A stretch of DNA of 64,000 nt from Candidatus Zixiibacteriota bacterium (GCA_037441845.1 JBBIRK010000006.1:64001-128000), one strand, 5' to 3'. Positions 8,208 to 18,430 are shown, counted from the stretch's first letter. Notes: a model not told the origin generated them from the sequence alone. Made by a program: numbers and translations.

Positions 8208-10310
8208 ATGAAGAAACCGGCTTCCAGGCGGCTGCCGCAGGTTCTGGCTGCAGCCATGTTGCTGATATTGGCGGCCGGGTATATCGGTTCGTTTCGCCGA
8301 TTGTCAGCTCCGCTCAGCTGCGCCGAATCCCTTTCCATCGATGCTATCGAGACCAATTGCGCCCTGGCCGAATCGCTGATGAGTATAGGCGATTATGAAC
8401 AAGCCCGGAAGTATCTCGAGCGAAATCTGAAAATAAGGCGCCATCATCCGCATACTCATTTTCTGCTGGGCGAAATTTATCGCCGCAAGAATACCATCTT
8501 CGACCGCCGTCTTTCCGCCGAAAACCTGAAACAGGCGGTGATCCGCGATCCGGACAATTATCGATATCGGTATTCGCTCGGATTGACCTATCTTGAGCAA
8601 GGTTTTATCGGTAACGCCTTGGCCGAATTCAAAAAAGTCGTTCGCCTCAATCCCGACCATGCCGATGCCCATCGACACATAGCCCAATTGTATCGCCAGC
8701 TCGGTCTGCGCTACGATGATCGCGATATGCTGGCAAGTGCGCTTGACCATGCGGCCGAAGCGGCGGCCGCCGAAAAAGACCCGCTTGATTATCTCGAACA
8801 GGCGGCTTTGCTGGTGATGCTCGAGTTGTTCGATGCCGCTATTGGGAAAATCGATACCGCAATCGGCCTGGAACCCGATTCTTCGCTTGCCAAAAAACTG
8901 CTGCTTGCCCGCGGCCTTTGCCGCCTGCGCATGGGCTTGATAGATGAGGCAGCCGCTGATTTCGATGCGGCGATGAGTTTGATGAACGAACATGAACGTG
9001 CGGAATTCGAGGACGTCAGATTGCTAATGCCACCCCAGGAATACGCCCGTTTGTTGTCAATGAGTCGTTATCGAAGACAGAAAGCGATAGCCTCTTTCTG
9101 GAAAGAACTCGATCCCGATTTAACCACTGCTTTCAATGAAAGGCGCCTCGAACATTTCGCCAGACAAATATACGCCGAAATGGCGTTCTCGATTCCCGAA
9201 AAAAACATAAATGGCAAGAATACCCGACGCGGCGAAACTTACATCCGCTTCGGACCACCCGAAAGCAAAGTGTTCATTTTCGGTGATGCGCTCGCCAGAC
9301 CGCCGGAGCCATCCAGCTGGATTTGGGAATATGTCATAAACGGAAAGCCGGTGACTCTTCGCTTCGTAGATATTTATCATGACGGCGATTTCACGTTTCC
9401 GTTCACCGACCTGGCCGATCCCACGAGCCGCCGGCGGGACGACCCGGAATTTATCGCCGATCGGCTCGCCCGGACGATCGGTCAGCGCTATCAATTTTCC
9501 GCAGGCAAACCGCTGGCGTTCAAATACGGCATCTACCAGTTCAAAGGAAATCGCGGAGCCACCGAGCTGGAAATTTTTTTCAACATTCCCCACTCGGAGT
9601 TGTCGTTTTCTTTTGCCGACGACATGGCCGATGCCGAAATCGATATACGGGCCGCTCTCCACACTCCCGCACTGGTTGAACTCGATTCGTTCGCCGCGAA
9701 ACGCACCTATTCCGTGCCCCCGACTCTTATAGAGAATCCGCGGTTGTCCGTGTGCGACAATTTCAAGCTTGCGGCGCGGGCGGATTCGGCTGTGGTTTCG
9801 CTGGCTTTCGCCAATCGACTGGCCGGCAGCCGTGGTATGGCCAGGACTCAAATCGCCTTGCGGAATTTTTACACCGACAGGGTGGAGATATCGGATCTGA
9901 TTCTGGCTCGCCAGCTCCAACGAATCGACGCCGAGACGCCGATAAACAGAAATTCTCTCCATCTGTTCACCAACCTCGAAAACAGATATTTCGTGAGCGA
10001 GCCGGTGGTTGTCTATTTCGAATTTTACAATCTCGAACTCGACGCGGCGGGGCGGACCGATTATCAGGTCAGGCAAACGATCGCCCGCTTGAAACGCCCC
10101 AAATTGATCGGCGTAATAACCGGATATCAGGTGGCCGAGGAGGTTACGACAGTTTTCGAGGGCGGCGGCCCTGAAACTTTCGAGCACCGTCTGCTGACTC
10201 TCGATTTTTCGCGATTCAAACCCGGCAGATACAGGATCACGATCGAAATAATCGATAACGTAATGGCCGATTCGGCGACCGCGGCTGCGGAGTTAATCCT
10301 GTATGAATGA
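8208..10310 (+). CDS. TPR + GWxTD-domain protein (divergent motif)
   Basis: N-terminal hydrophobic anchor, TPR repeats, then FWKELDPDLTTAFNE...EHFAR..YA...RGETYIRFGPP typical of the GWxTD domain; C-terminal Ig-like PGRYRITIEIID. Confidence 0.8.
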   Translation: MKKPASRRLPQVLAAAMLLILAAGYIGSFRRLSAPLSCAESLSIDAIETNCALAESLMSIGDYEQARKYLERNLKIRRHHPHTHFLLGEIYRRKNTIFDRRLSAENLKQAVIRDPDNYRYRYSLGLTYLEQGFIGNALAEFKKVVRLNPDHADAHRHIAQLYRQLGLRYDDRDMLASALDHAAEAAAAEKDPLDYLEQAALLVMLELFDAAIGKIDTAIGLEPDSSLAKKLLLARGLCRLRMGLIDEAAADFDAAMSLMNEHERAEFEDVRLLMPPQEYARLLSMSRYRRQKAIASFWKELDPDLTTAFNERRLEHFARQIYAEMAFSIPEKNINGKNTRRGETYIRFGPPESKVFIFGDALARPPEPSSWIWEYVINGKPVTLRFVDIYHDGDFTFPFTDLADPTSRRRDDPEFIADRLARTIGQRYQFSAGKPLAFKYGIYQFKGNRGATELEIFFNIPHSELSFSFADDMADAEIDIRAALHTPALVELDSFAAKRTYSVPPTLIENPRLSVCDNFKLAARADSAVVSLAFANRLAGSRGMARTQIALRNFYTDRVEISDLILARQLQRIDAETPINRNSLHLFTNLENRYFVSEPVVVYFEFYNLELDAAGRTDYQVRQTIARLKRPKLIGVITGYQVAEEVTTVFEGGGPETFEHRLLTLDFSRFKPGRYRITIEIIDNVMADSATAAAELILYE

Positions 10311-10475
10311 TTCCTCTGGTGGTCCAACGTGGGCCTGTCGAAATCCGGCTGCGGCTCGTCCGGTTTCGCCCCGGAGCCGAAAAAAGTGAATCGGCAGCCT
10401 AAAATATATTGCAATGGCCGACCCGGTGATTTAATATCTGCGTTGCTTATACCCGAGCATGAGGAGGAATAGCGG

Positions 10476-11024
10476 ATGATTATTCCAAAAAGAATGTTTC
10501 TGACAAAAGGTGTGGGCACCGACAAGGAACGATTGTCTTCGTTCGAGCTGGCCCTGAGAGCAGCCGGTATCGCCGGCTTCAATCTGGTCCATGTCTCATC
10601 GATATTTCCGCCTTACTGCAAATTAATTCCGAAAAAAGTTGGTCTCAAGGAGCTTAAACCCGGGGAAATCGTTTTTTGCGTAATGAGCCGAGCCGATACC
10701 AATGAGCCCAATCGGCTCATCTCCGCTTCTGTGGGGTTAGCCATTCCTCAGGACAGATCTCAATACGGATATCTTTCCGAGCATGAAGCCTACGGCATGA
10801 CCGAACGAAAATCGGGCGATTATGCCGAGGACTTGGCCGCCACCATGCTCGCCTCGACACTCGGCATCGAATTCGACGTCGATAAGTCGTATGACGAGAA
10901 AAAGGAAATTTATAAAATTTCCGGGAAAATCGTCCGCTCGACCAATATCACGCAATCAGCCGAGGGCAACAAGCGGGGACTTTGGACGACCGTGGTGGCC
11001 GCCGCCGTATTTCTTTGTGATTGA
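10476..11024 (+). CDS. pdaD: pyruvoyl-dependent arginine decarboxylase
   Basis: [25 protein letters not shown] (Ser-Ser autocleavage site), [36 protein letters not shown]. Confidence 0.93.
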   Translation: MIIPKRMFLTKGVGTDKERLSSFELALRAAGIAGFNLVHVSSIFPPYCKLIPKKVGLKELKPGEIVFCVMSRADTNEPNRLISASVGLAIPQDRSQYGYLSEHEAYGMTERKSGDYAEDLAATMLASTLGIEFDVDKSYDEKKEIYKISGKIVRSTNITQSAEGNKRGLWTTVVAAAVFLCD

Positions 11025-11139
11025 AAGTCACTCAGTTTTCGCTTTGGTCGATTGCATTCATCACCGAGCTGCGCCGTATTGCCTTTTTGCCGTTAATGTT
11101 CGAAAACGTCATTTCCTAAAATGAACCGAGGGATTTGCC

Positions 11140-11895
11140 ATTAAGCGGAAATTCCCCGAATCCGGATCGCGGCTGTATAATGATTTCGCCGCATATTACG
11201 ACATGCTCGGCTGGAACGAGTTCGCAGCCGAATGCGCCGAACGGATCAAAACCATCCTCAAATTCCGACTTCCCAAAGCCCGCTTTCTGCTCGATTTCGC
11301 CTGCGGCACGGGTGAGCTCGAATATCGTTTGCGAAATGCGGGAATTTCTCCGATCGGCGTGGACATATCGCCTGCCATGCTTAAGGTCGCCCGAAAGAAA
11401 AATCCCGGAGTGGAATTTATCGTCGGCGACATGATTTCGCTGAAACTCGAAAGAAAATTCGATATAGTCTGTTGTTTTTTCGACAGTGTGAATCACCTCC
11501 GCTCGACGGACGAATTGAACCGTTTTTTCGGCAACGTCGCCGTTCATCTTCGGCCGGGTGGCCTGTTCGTTTTCGATACACTCAGCCCGGCGGGTCTGGC
11601 CAAATGGGAATTCTTTGACTTGAAGACCGCACCCGATTATACTGTTATCACGAGCGGCGATTTTGACGAAAATAAAATTAAGGCGCGGATTACGATCGAG
11701 GGATTTGTCAGACGGAAATCCGGACTCTACCGCAGGTTCAGGCAGGAGATCGTGGAAAAAGCATTCGCTTTCAAGACCATTTTGAGATCATTGCAAAAGG
11801 CCGGTTTCAGCCATATAGCCGTTTCTTCGTTTGATCCCGCCGAGTCGATCGAAAAAAGCAGCCGATGGTTCTTGCTTGCCAGGTCGACCCGATGA
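11140..11895 (+). CDS. class I SAM-dependent methyltransferase (start uncertain)
   Basis: LLDFACGTG, GVDIS..ML, GDM, FDSVNHL, LRPGGLFVFD. The frame is open from 11125 and encodes a family-typical LYNDFAAYYD upstream of the first ATG (11203). Confidence 0.88.
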   Translation: MKRKFPESGSRLYNDFAAYYDMLGWNEFAAECAERIKTILKFRLPKARFLLDFACGTGELEYRLRNAGISPIGVDISPAMLKVARKKNPGVEFIVGDMISLKLERKFDIVCCFFDSVNHLRSTDELNRFFGNVAVHLRPGGLFVFDTLSPAGLAKWEFFDLKTAPDYTVITSGDFDENKIKARITIEGFVRRKSGLYRRFRQEIVEKAFAFKTILRSLQKAGFSHIAVSSFDPAESIEKSSRWFLLARSTR

Positions 11896-12755
11896 GTACT
11901 GTCGCCCATAACTTCCTAGGTCTTTCGGAAGAACGATCCAACTACGCGACGGCAAAGGCGGTGGTATTGCCGATACCCTATGATCTGACCCTGTCATATC
12001 TGGGAGGGGCCCGGCATGGCCCGGCGGCGATCTTGGCTGCTTCGAAACAGGTCGAGACGTTCGATCATAAGCTTGGGCTGGACCCTTCCGAAATCGGGAT
12101 CGCCACCATGCCCGAGTTGGAACAGGTAGCCGCATCACCCGAAAAGATGCAAGAGGCGATTTTCGACGCTTGCGATAATTTTATCGGTGATGGCAAATTC
12201 GTTCTTGCTCTGGGCGGCGAACATTCGATCACCGCGGCGCTGGTGGCTGCCCATGCCCGACATTTCGAAAATCTATCCGTGCTGCAGATCGACGCTCACA
12301 CCGACCTTCGCGATAGTTATCAGGGCAGCCGATTTTCACATGCTTGCGTCATGGCGCGGGTAGCCGAAACCGCTCGTTTCATGTCGGTGGGGATAAGAAG
12401 TTACTCCGGCGACGATAATGAAAAAAAATTTCAGGAACGCTTGATCACCCCGGAGCAATTTCGCAAACATGCCGGAATTTTCGAGAAAATCATGGCGGGT
12501 TTGACCGAAAATGTTTATATCACCGTTGACCTCGATGGTTTCGATCCGGCGGTGGTGCCTGCGGTCGGAACCCCGGAGCCGGGCGGGTTGCACTGGGATG
12601 AGGTTATGCTTCTGCTGGAAAGTTTAGCGAAAAACAAAAGGATTGTCGGAGCCGATGTGGTCGAGCTGTCTCCTCGTCCGGGATTCGAATATGCGGATTT
12701 CACTGCGGCAAAGCTGTGTTACCGTTTGATCGGTCTTAGCTTTTTCGGTAAGTAG
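11892..12755 (+). CDS. speB: agmatinase
   Basis: Ureohydrolase motifs GGEHSIT, DAHTD, SHA, DLDGFDP, GTPEPGG, DVVE. ATG overlaps the upstream TGA. Confidence 0.93.
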   Translation: MSTVAHNFLGLSEERSNYATAKAVVLPIPYDLTLSYLGGARHGPAAILAASKQVETFDHKLGLDPSEIGIATMPELEQVAASPEKMQEAIFDACDNFIGDGKFVLALGGEHSITAALVAAHARHFENLSVLQIDAHTDLRDSYQGSRFSHACVMARVAETARFMSVGIRSYSGDDNEKKFQERLITPEQFRKHAGIFEKIMAGLTENVYITVDLDGFDPAVVPAVGTPEPGGLHWDEVMLLLESLAKNKRIVGADVVELSPRPGFEYADFTAAKLCYRLIGLSFFGK

Positions 12756-12757
12756 TC

Positions 12758-13495
12758 ATGGAATGGTGGCAGAAATATTTCACCGAAGATTATCTGAAGC
12801 TTTACGGCCATACCGAACAGCGGGCCCCCTCTGAGGTGGCGGCGGTTTTGCGCATGCTGCAGATCAAACCGCCGGCCAAGATACTTGATCTGTGCTGCGG
12901 TTTCGGACGGCATGCGATCGTGCTCGCCGGCGAGGGTTTCGATGTCACCGGCATCGACATTTCCGAACGGTTCTTGCAGATGGCGCGCAAGCGGGCTGAC
13001 CTGGTAGGCGTCAAGTTGAATCTCGAAAAGGCCGACATGCGGAATATCCAGCACCTACACGAATTCGACGCCGTCATAAATCTATTCACGGCGTTCGGCT
13101 TTTTCGAAAGCGAAGCCGAAGACCTGATGGTGCTCGAGGGCGTCGCCCGTTCCCTGAAAAGAGACGGGCAGTTCATCATAGACACGGTGAATCGCGATCA
13201 TATAATCCATTCCCTTCAACCTAAAAGATGGACGATCGATAACGGAACCGTCGTGCTGGAAGAAAGATTTTTCGATTATTTCAAATCGAGGCTTGAAATT
13301 AGTCTCGAACTGATCGATAAAGATAACGGCAACCGCCGGCTGGAATATTCTTTCAGACTTTATACGCTGACGGAAATGCTTAACCTGTTCCAGAAAGTCG
13401 GCTTGAGCCTGACCGAAGTGTACGGCGATTTTAATGGATCGCTTTACTCGGCGCAATCGCCTCGACTGATAATGGTGGCGCGTAAAATTGATTGA
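12758..13495 (+). CDS. class I SAM-dependent methyltransferase
   Basis: ILDLCCGFGRH, GIDIS, ADMR, FDAVINLFTAFGFF; starts 2 nt after the speB stop. Confidence 0.9.
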   Translation: MEWWQKYFTEDYLKLYGHTEQRAPSEVAAVLRMLQIKPPAKILDLCCGFGRHAIVLAGEGFDVTGIDISERFLQMARKRADLVGVKLNLEKADMRNIQHLHEFDAVINLFTAFGFFESEAEDLMVLEGVARSLKRDGQFIIDTVNRDHIIHSLQPKRWTIDNGTVVLEERFFDYFKSRLEISLELIDKDNGNRRLEYSFRLYTLTEMLNLFQKVGLSLTEVYGDFNGSLYSAQSPRLIMVARKID

Positions 13496-13552
13496 CGCCG
13501 GATTTTCTCTTCTTACCCGCCCCCCTCGTTGGGTAGCGGGATTTTCGTGTTT

Positions 13553-16500
13553 ATGATTTTGCGAAAATTGCTGCAAGATTTCTCGAATCTCGAATCGACT
13601 CGTTCCCTCGAACAGCTCTTGAACAGCCAAGATAATAGAGTGATAACGATTGCCGGTCTATGCGGCTCGGCCAAAGTTCTGCCGATCGTCCACTCGTTCA
13701 TGATTACCGGTAGGCCGATTCTGGTTATCTCCCCCGGAACCGAAGAATCGGAATCGCTCAATGATGATATAAAAGAGTTTATCGGCGATGACAGTTTGGG
13801 ACATTTCCCTTCGTGGGGAATCGCCCCCTACGAGATTCGCGCCCCGCGTGCGGACGTGATCGGGCAAAAGATACGGGTGTTAAGTCAGCTCGGCCAATCC
13901 CGACCGGTGGTGGTGACCGCCTCGGTCGAGGCGATCATGGAGCCTACCATCGATCGGGCGACTTTGACGGAGAATAATCTCAAGTTGGAAGTGGGGGCGT
14001 CCGCGGATCCGACGAGCCTGATCAACCTGCTTGAAAGATTGCAATTCGTGCGGCGGCCTATGACCGAAGCCATCGGCGAATACTCCGTCCGAGGCGGCAT
14101 AGTCGATTTCTTTTCCCCGACACATGACGATCCGATTAGAGTCGAATTTTTCGGCGACAAAATAGCCTCGATCCGTACTTTCAGCGTGCTTACGCAGAAA
14201 TCCTCCGCTCGCATCGCCGAAGCTCATGTACTGCCCAGGCGGGAATTTCTCATAGATCAAAGTTCGCTCGATCGACTGAGCCATGAGCTTCCCGAAAAGA
14301 AAGCCCAAGCCCTGCATGTGGCGTTGGGAGATTACGGTGATTACGACGGTCTCGAATTTCTTTGGCCGATGCTTGACTGCCGCCGATCGAGTATTTTCGA
14401 TCACCTTCCGATGAATACGATAATTTTTATCGATGAGCCCGGCCTGGTTTTTCAGCATGCCGCCGCATACGGCGAAACGGCCCGGAAACGATTTGAATCT
14501 GTCGGTGATTTTCCCGCGGCCCCGCCCGAAAGGATTTATTTCGAAGAAAACTTCTTGCGATCGGCCATCGATAGACATAAAGCGATGATGCTGCATCTTG
14601 CCGCCGATCCCGATACCGCCGACTTGATTTATCGGACTTCGCCCCAGGAAAATTTCGGCTCAAACCTGTCGCATATCAAAAGGCGTCTGAAAGAAATGCT
14701 CCAGGAGGGGAATCGAATCGCCGTTTTATGCGAAACGGCTACTCACAAACAAAGCCTCGAAGAGCTCGTCGATAAGACGGAAACACCGGTGGAATTCCAT
14801 CTCGGACGCCTGTCTGCCGGTTTCTGTTTGCTTGATTTGCACTATTGGTATCTTGTCGATCATCAAATGTTCGCAGGCCATCGCCCCAGGCGAACGTATC
14901 GACGTTTTCGCGAGGGAGTGGCGCTGGCCAATTACGCAAGCCTCAATCCCGGCGATTACGTCGTTCATGTCGATTTCGGGATAGGTCGGTTCGAGGGGTT
15001 GCAGACCTTGGTGGTCGACGGGCGGAAACGAGATTGTCTTGCCTTGATCTATGCCGGCGACGATCGACTTTACGTGCCGGTTGAGGAATTCCATCGCGTT
15101 CAGAAATACTCCGGCAAGGACGGTGAACCGCGCCTGTCGAAACTCGGAACCGCCACCTGGGAAAAAACCAAGGCCCGCGCCCGCAAAGCGGTGCTCGAAA
15201 TGGCCGGTGAATTGATTTCACTTTACGCCGAACGGCAGGCTTTTCCGGGATTCGCAGCCAAGCCCGATGGCGAATGGCAGCATCGGCTCGAGGCTTCGTT
15301 TGCTTTCGAGGAAACGCCCGACCAGTTGAAAGCGATGGAGGATATAAGAATCGACATGGAAAAACCAGTTCCTATGGATCGGCTGATCTGCGGTGATGTC
15401 GGTTATGGCAAGACCGAGCTGGCGATACGGGCGGCATTGAAAGCGGTCGATTCAGGCAAACAGGCGGCGGTTCTTGTGCCTACCACGATTCTGGCCGCGC
15501 AGCATCTGGAGACATTCACCGAACGATTGGCCGAATTTCCGGTGAAGATTGCGCTGCTGTCGCGGTTTTGCACGCCCAAACAGGCCAAAGAAACCAAGGC
15601 GGGTCTTGCCTCCGGAACAATCGATATTGTTATTGGAACCCATATGCTGCTTCAGAAAAATATAAAATTCAAGGATTTGGGTCTTCTCATTATAGATGAA
15701 GAACATCGGTTCGGCGTCGCCCACAAAGAGAGATTGAAAAAATTCCGTAGTCAGATCGACGTCCTCACTCTGACCGCAACTCCGATTCCTCGTACCATGC
15801 AACTCGCATTCGCCGGCGCCCGCGATATGTCGATAATCAATACGCCTCCACAAAATCGGCTGCCGATCGTCACCGAGGTCGCGCCCTTTTCCGACCGCCT
15901 TATAGTGGAGGCCGTCAACCGCGAGCTGGCGCGTAACGGGCAAATTTACATTGTTTATAACCGCGTTCAATCGATCGACGCTTTTTACAAATATCTGAAA
16001 ACCCTTCTGCCGCTGGTAAGAATTGCTGTCGCACACGGCCAAATGAGCGAACGAAATCTGGAAAAGATTATGAAGGATTTTTACAATAAAAAGTACGATG
16101 TTCTTCTTTCCACGACGATTATCGAATCCGGCCTGGATATCCCCGCGGTGAACACCTTGATCGTGGTGCGCGCCGATCGACTCGGCCTGGCCCAACTATA
16201 TCAATTGCGGGGGCGCGTGGGCCGGTCCAATTTGCGTGCCTACGCTTACCTGTTGATCCCCCCTCTCAAACTTCTCAACCAACAGGCTCGCAAACGATTG
16301 AAAGCGATCGAGGAGTTCACCGAGCTCGGTTCGGGATTTCATTTAGCCATGCGCGATCTGGAAATCAGAGGCGCGGGCAATCTGCTCGGTCATCAACAGC
16401 ACGGATTTATCGAGGAAGTCGGTTTCGATCTCTATATCAGGCTCCTGGAGGAGGCAGTCGCCCAGCTGAAAGGGAAATCTCTCGATGAACATCTTGCCGA

Positions 16501-16933
16501 TGTGAAAATAACCACCGACCTTGATCTTTTCCTGCCCGAAAATTATATAGCCGATTCTCTGCAGAGAGTCGATGTATACCGAAGATTTTCCGCCGCCGTA
16601 AGCCAAGCGGAAATAGACGATCTTTTGCTGGAGCTGGAGGATCGCTATGGTCCTGCCCCCGAATCGGTCGGTAATCTGGCGGCGGTGTCGGCGATCAGGC
16701 GACTGGCAAGAAAGCTGTCGGTGGCTTCTCTCGAGTTGAAAGGTCAAAAATTGGTGATGGAATTTTCCGAACAGACCAAGTACGATCGGACCAATATACA
16801 AAATTGGGTGAAAGCGGTTCCCCATCCGATAGAATTCAAATTCGACGGGGCCCTGACTATGTCCGTAACCCTTCCGGATCTCGAGACGAGGCCGTCGGAA
16901 GTGAAAAATGTTTTGCAGAACATGGTCGGTTGA
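13553..16933 (+). CDS. mfd: transcription-repair coupling factor
   Basis: UvrB-homology region (VRGGIVD), CarD-like GDYVVHVDFGIG, GDVGYGKT, DEEH, TATPIPRT, QLRGRVGRS, TRG motif RDLEIRGAGNLLG. Confidence 0.97.
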   Translation: MILRKLLQDFSNLESTRSLEQLLNSQDNRVITIAGLCGSAKVLPIVHSFMITGRPILVISPGTEESESLNDDIKEFIGDDSLGHFPSWGIAPYEIRAPRADVIGQKIRVLSQLGQSRPVVVTASVEAIMEPTIDRATLTENNLKLEVGASADPTSLINLLERLQFVRRPMTEAIGEYSVRGGIVDFFSPTHDDPIRVEFFGDKIASIRTFSVLTQKSSARIAEAHVLPRREFLIDQSSLDRLSHELPEKKAQALHVALGDYGDYDGLEFLWPMLDCRRSSIFDHLPMNTIIFIDEPGLVFQHAAAYGETARKRFESVGDFPAAPPERIYFEENFLRSAIDRHKAMMLHLAADPDTADLIYRTSPQENFGSNLSHIKRRLKEMLQEGNRIAVLCETATHKQSLEELVDKTETPVEFHLGRLSAGFCLLDLHYWYLVDHQMFAGHRPRRTYRRFREGVALANYASLNPGDYVVHVDFGIGRFEGLQTLVVDGRKRDCLALIYAGDDRLYVPVEEFHRVQKYSGKDGEPRLSKLGTATWEKTKARARKAVLEMAGELISLYAERQAFPGFAAKPDGEWQHRLEASFAFEETPDQLKAMEDIRIDMEKPVPMDRLICGDVGYGKTELAIRAALKAVDSGKQAAVLVPTTILAAQHLETFTERLAEFPVKIALLSRFCTPKQAKETKAGLASGTIDIVIGTHMLLQKNIKFKDLGLLIIDEEHRFGVAHKERLKKFRSQIDVLTLTATPIPRTMQLAFAGARDMSIINTPPQNRLPIVTEVAPFSDRLIVEAVNRELARNGQIYIVYNRVQSIDAFYKYLKTLLPLVRIAVAHGQMSERNLEKIMKDFYNKKYDVLLSTTIIESGLDIPAVNTLIVVRADRLGLAQLYQLRGRVGRSNLRAYAYLLIPPLKLLNQQARKRLKAIEEFTELGSGFHLAMRDLEIRGAGNLLGHQQHGFIEEVGFDLYIRLLEEAVAQLKGKSLDEHLADVKITTDLDLFLPENYIADSLQRVDVYRRFSAAVSQAEIDDLLLELEDRYGPAPESVGNLAAVSAIRRLARKLSVASLELKGQKLVMEFSEQTKYDRTNIQNWVKAVPHPIEFKFDGALTMSVTLPDLETRPSEVKNVLQNMVG

Positions 16934-16957
16934 GCTAAATTAAAAGACGGAAATCTG

Positions 16958-18430
16958 ATGAATAAATCGTTACGGATTGGAAGGATCGAAAAGCAAATGC
17001 GCCTTATCGGAAAATTCACGGTCGTCGTCGCTATGGCGATCTTGCTGGCCGGCTGCTCTCCCACCCGAAACATCGACGATGCGGTGATATTGAAGGCAGG
17101 CCGCCTGACCTATACCCTCGGCGAATTGAACAAACGTTTTTCCCAGACTGGGTTCGAAAACGAGGAAGACGAGTTTCGGCAAAAAAAGAGTTACCTCGAA
17201 CAACAACTCGACAAGATGCTGCTTGCCGACGGCGGGCTCGAATTAGGCTACGGCGATTCTGTCGTGCTGGACACCGCGGCTTTGTCCAATTTGATCGGCA
17301 ACATCGTTTTCGACCGGGAAGTGGCCAGCAAAGTCCCCGATGGCACCGATGATGCCGAAGTCAGAAAATTCTGGAATTACTACGGCGGGACGATTCAGAT
17401 TTCCCAAATCGTAACCAGGGATAAAAGCACCTGCGACAGCCTTTATGAAATTCTGACCGCCCACCCGGAAAGATTCGCCGAGCTGGCCGCCGCCTTTTCC
17501 ATAGATTCGACGACCGCTGCCAAAGGCGGTGATATGGGCACAATCCGCGTCGGTACACTCATACCCGAAATTGAGAAAAAGGCTTTCGGGCTCAAGCCGA
17601 ATCAAATGACCAGGCCGTTCGAAACAATCTACGGATGGCATATCGTGAAAATGATAGCCAGAAACGAATTCACCGAGGCCGATTTTCAGGCGCAAATCAA
17701 TAGATACCGCAATCTCTATATCAACAAAAGCAGAAAGCTGGCCCAAAACGCCTTATATGATAAGCTGGCCAGAAAATTCAATCTGCATATCAATCAATCA
17801 GGCCTGAAAATGCTTTCGGCTAAACTGGATAGTATCCAGAGAGCCGAACGCCAACAAAACTTGACCCCACGGCCTTTTCTCAAGTCTGCCGATTTGAATG
17901 CCGAAGAGTCGGCGATGCCCCTGGGCGTTACCGACGTCATGACATTGACCGCCAGTGATTTTCTGCGGCATTTCGAAACTTACCGCAATGAACACGGAAT
18001 CGATTTGACGAATCAAAAAATGGTCATGTATGTTCTTTCCAACAAGCTGGCGCCTATTTTGTCGATCGCCTACGGCCGGGCCGAGGGGATTCAAAACGAC
18101 CCGGAATATCAACGTATAATCGATGATACCAGGAACGCTCAGGTATTTAGATATATGCAGGCCAAGATCATGGCCCCGGTGCAAGTAAGCGACGATGAAA
18201 TCAGGGCGCGCTATCGGTCCGACAGCAGCCGCTTTATCGACGATTCCAGCGGCAAGCCGGTGCCAATGACTCTCGAACAGGCATGGAATATCATTCAAAA
18301 TGAAATCCTTCAGGAAAAAAGGGCTCAGGCCAGACAAAACTGGATCGACGAGCGTAAAAGAAAAGTTGAAAACTATATAGATCTTGAACTGTTAAGGGCC
18401 AATTTGGTTACCAGAAAGAAGAAGTCATGA
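16958..18430 (+). CDS. parvulin-type peptidyl-prolyl isomerase lipoprotein (PrsA/SurA-like)
   Basis: Lipobox LLAGC; FAELAAAFSID..GGDMG, YGWHIVK. Confidence 0.85.
   Translation: MNKSLRIGRIEKQMRLIGKFTVVVAMAILLAGCSPTRNIDDAVILKAGRLTYTLGELNKRFSQTGFENEEDEFRQKKSYLEQQLDKMLLADGGLELGYGDSVVLDTAALSNLIGNIVFDREVASKVPDGTDDAEVRKFWNYYGGTIQISQIVTRDKSTCDSLYEILTAHPERFAELAAAFSIDSTTAAKGGDMGTIRVGTLIPEIEKKAFGLKPNQMTRPFETIYGWHIVKMIARNEFTEADFQAQINRYRNLYINKSRKLAQNALYDKLARKFNLHINQSGLKMLSAKLDSIQRAERQQNLTPRPFLKSADLNAEESAMPLGVTDVMTLTASDFLRHFETYRNEHGIDLTNQKMVMYVLSNKLAPILSIAYGRAEGIQNDPEYQRIIDDTRNAQVFRYMQAKIMAPVQVSDDEIRARYRSDSSRFIDDSSGKPVPMTLEQAWNIIQNEILQEKRAQARQNWIDERKRKVENYIDLELLRANLVTRKKKS

Noticed and set aside
9120..10187. 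Long antisense ORFs (e.g. 9120..10187, 13880..14596, 15452..16195, 18802..19566, 25910..26632)
   Set aside because: They lie entirely opposite well-supported genes and have no recognisable motifs; they are typical shadow ORFs.
10822..11124. ORF in frame with the methyltransferase, separated by a single TGA (possible selenocysteine or readthrough)
   Set aside because: The upstream part overlaps pdaD out of frame and does not look protein-like. The TGA is not at a Cys-like position and I saw no SECIS-like hairpin.
11135..11434. 99-aa TTG-start ORF overlapping the methyltransferase
   Set aside because: Alternative frame with Ser/Pro-rich, non-protein-like composition.
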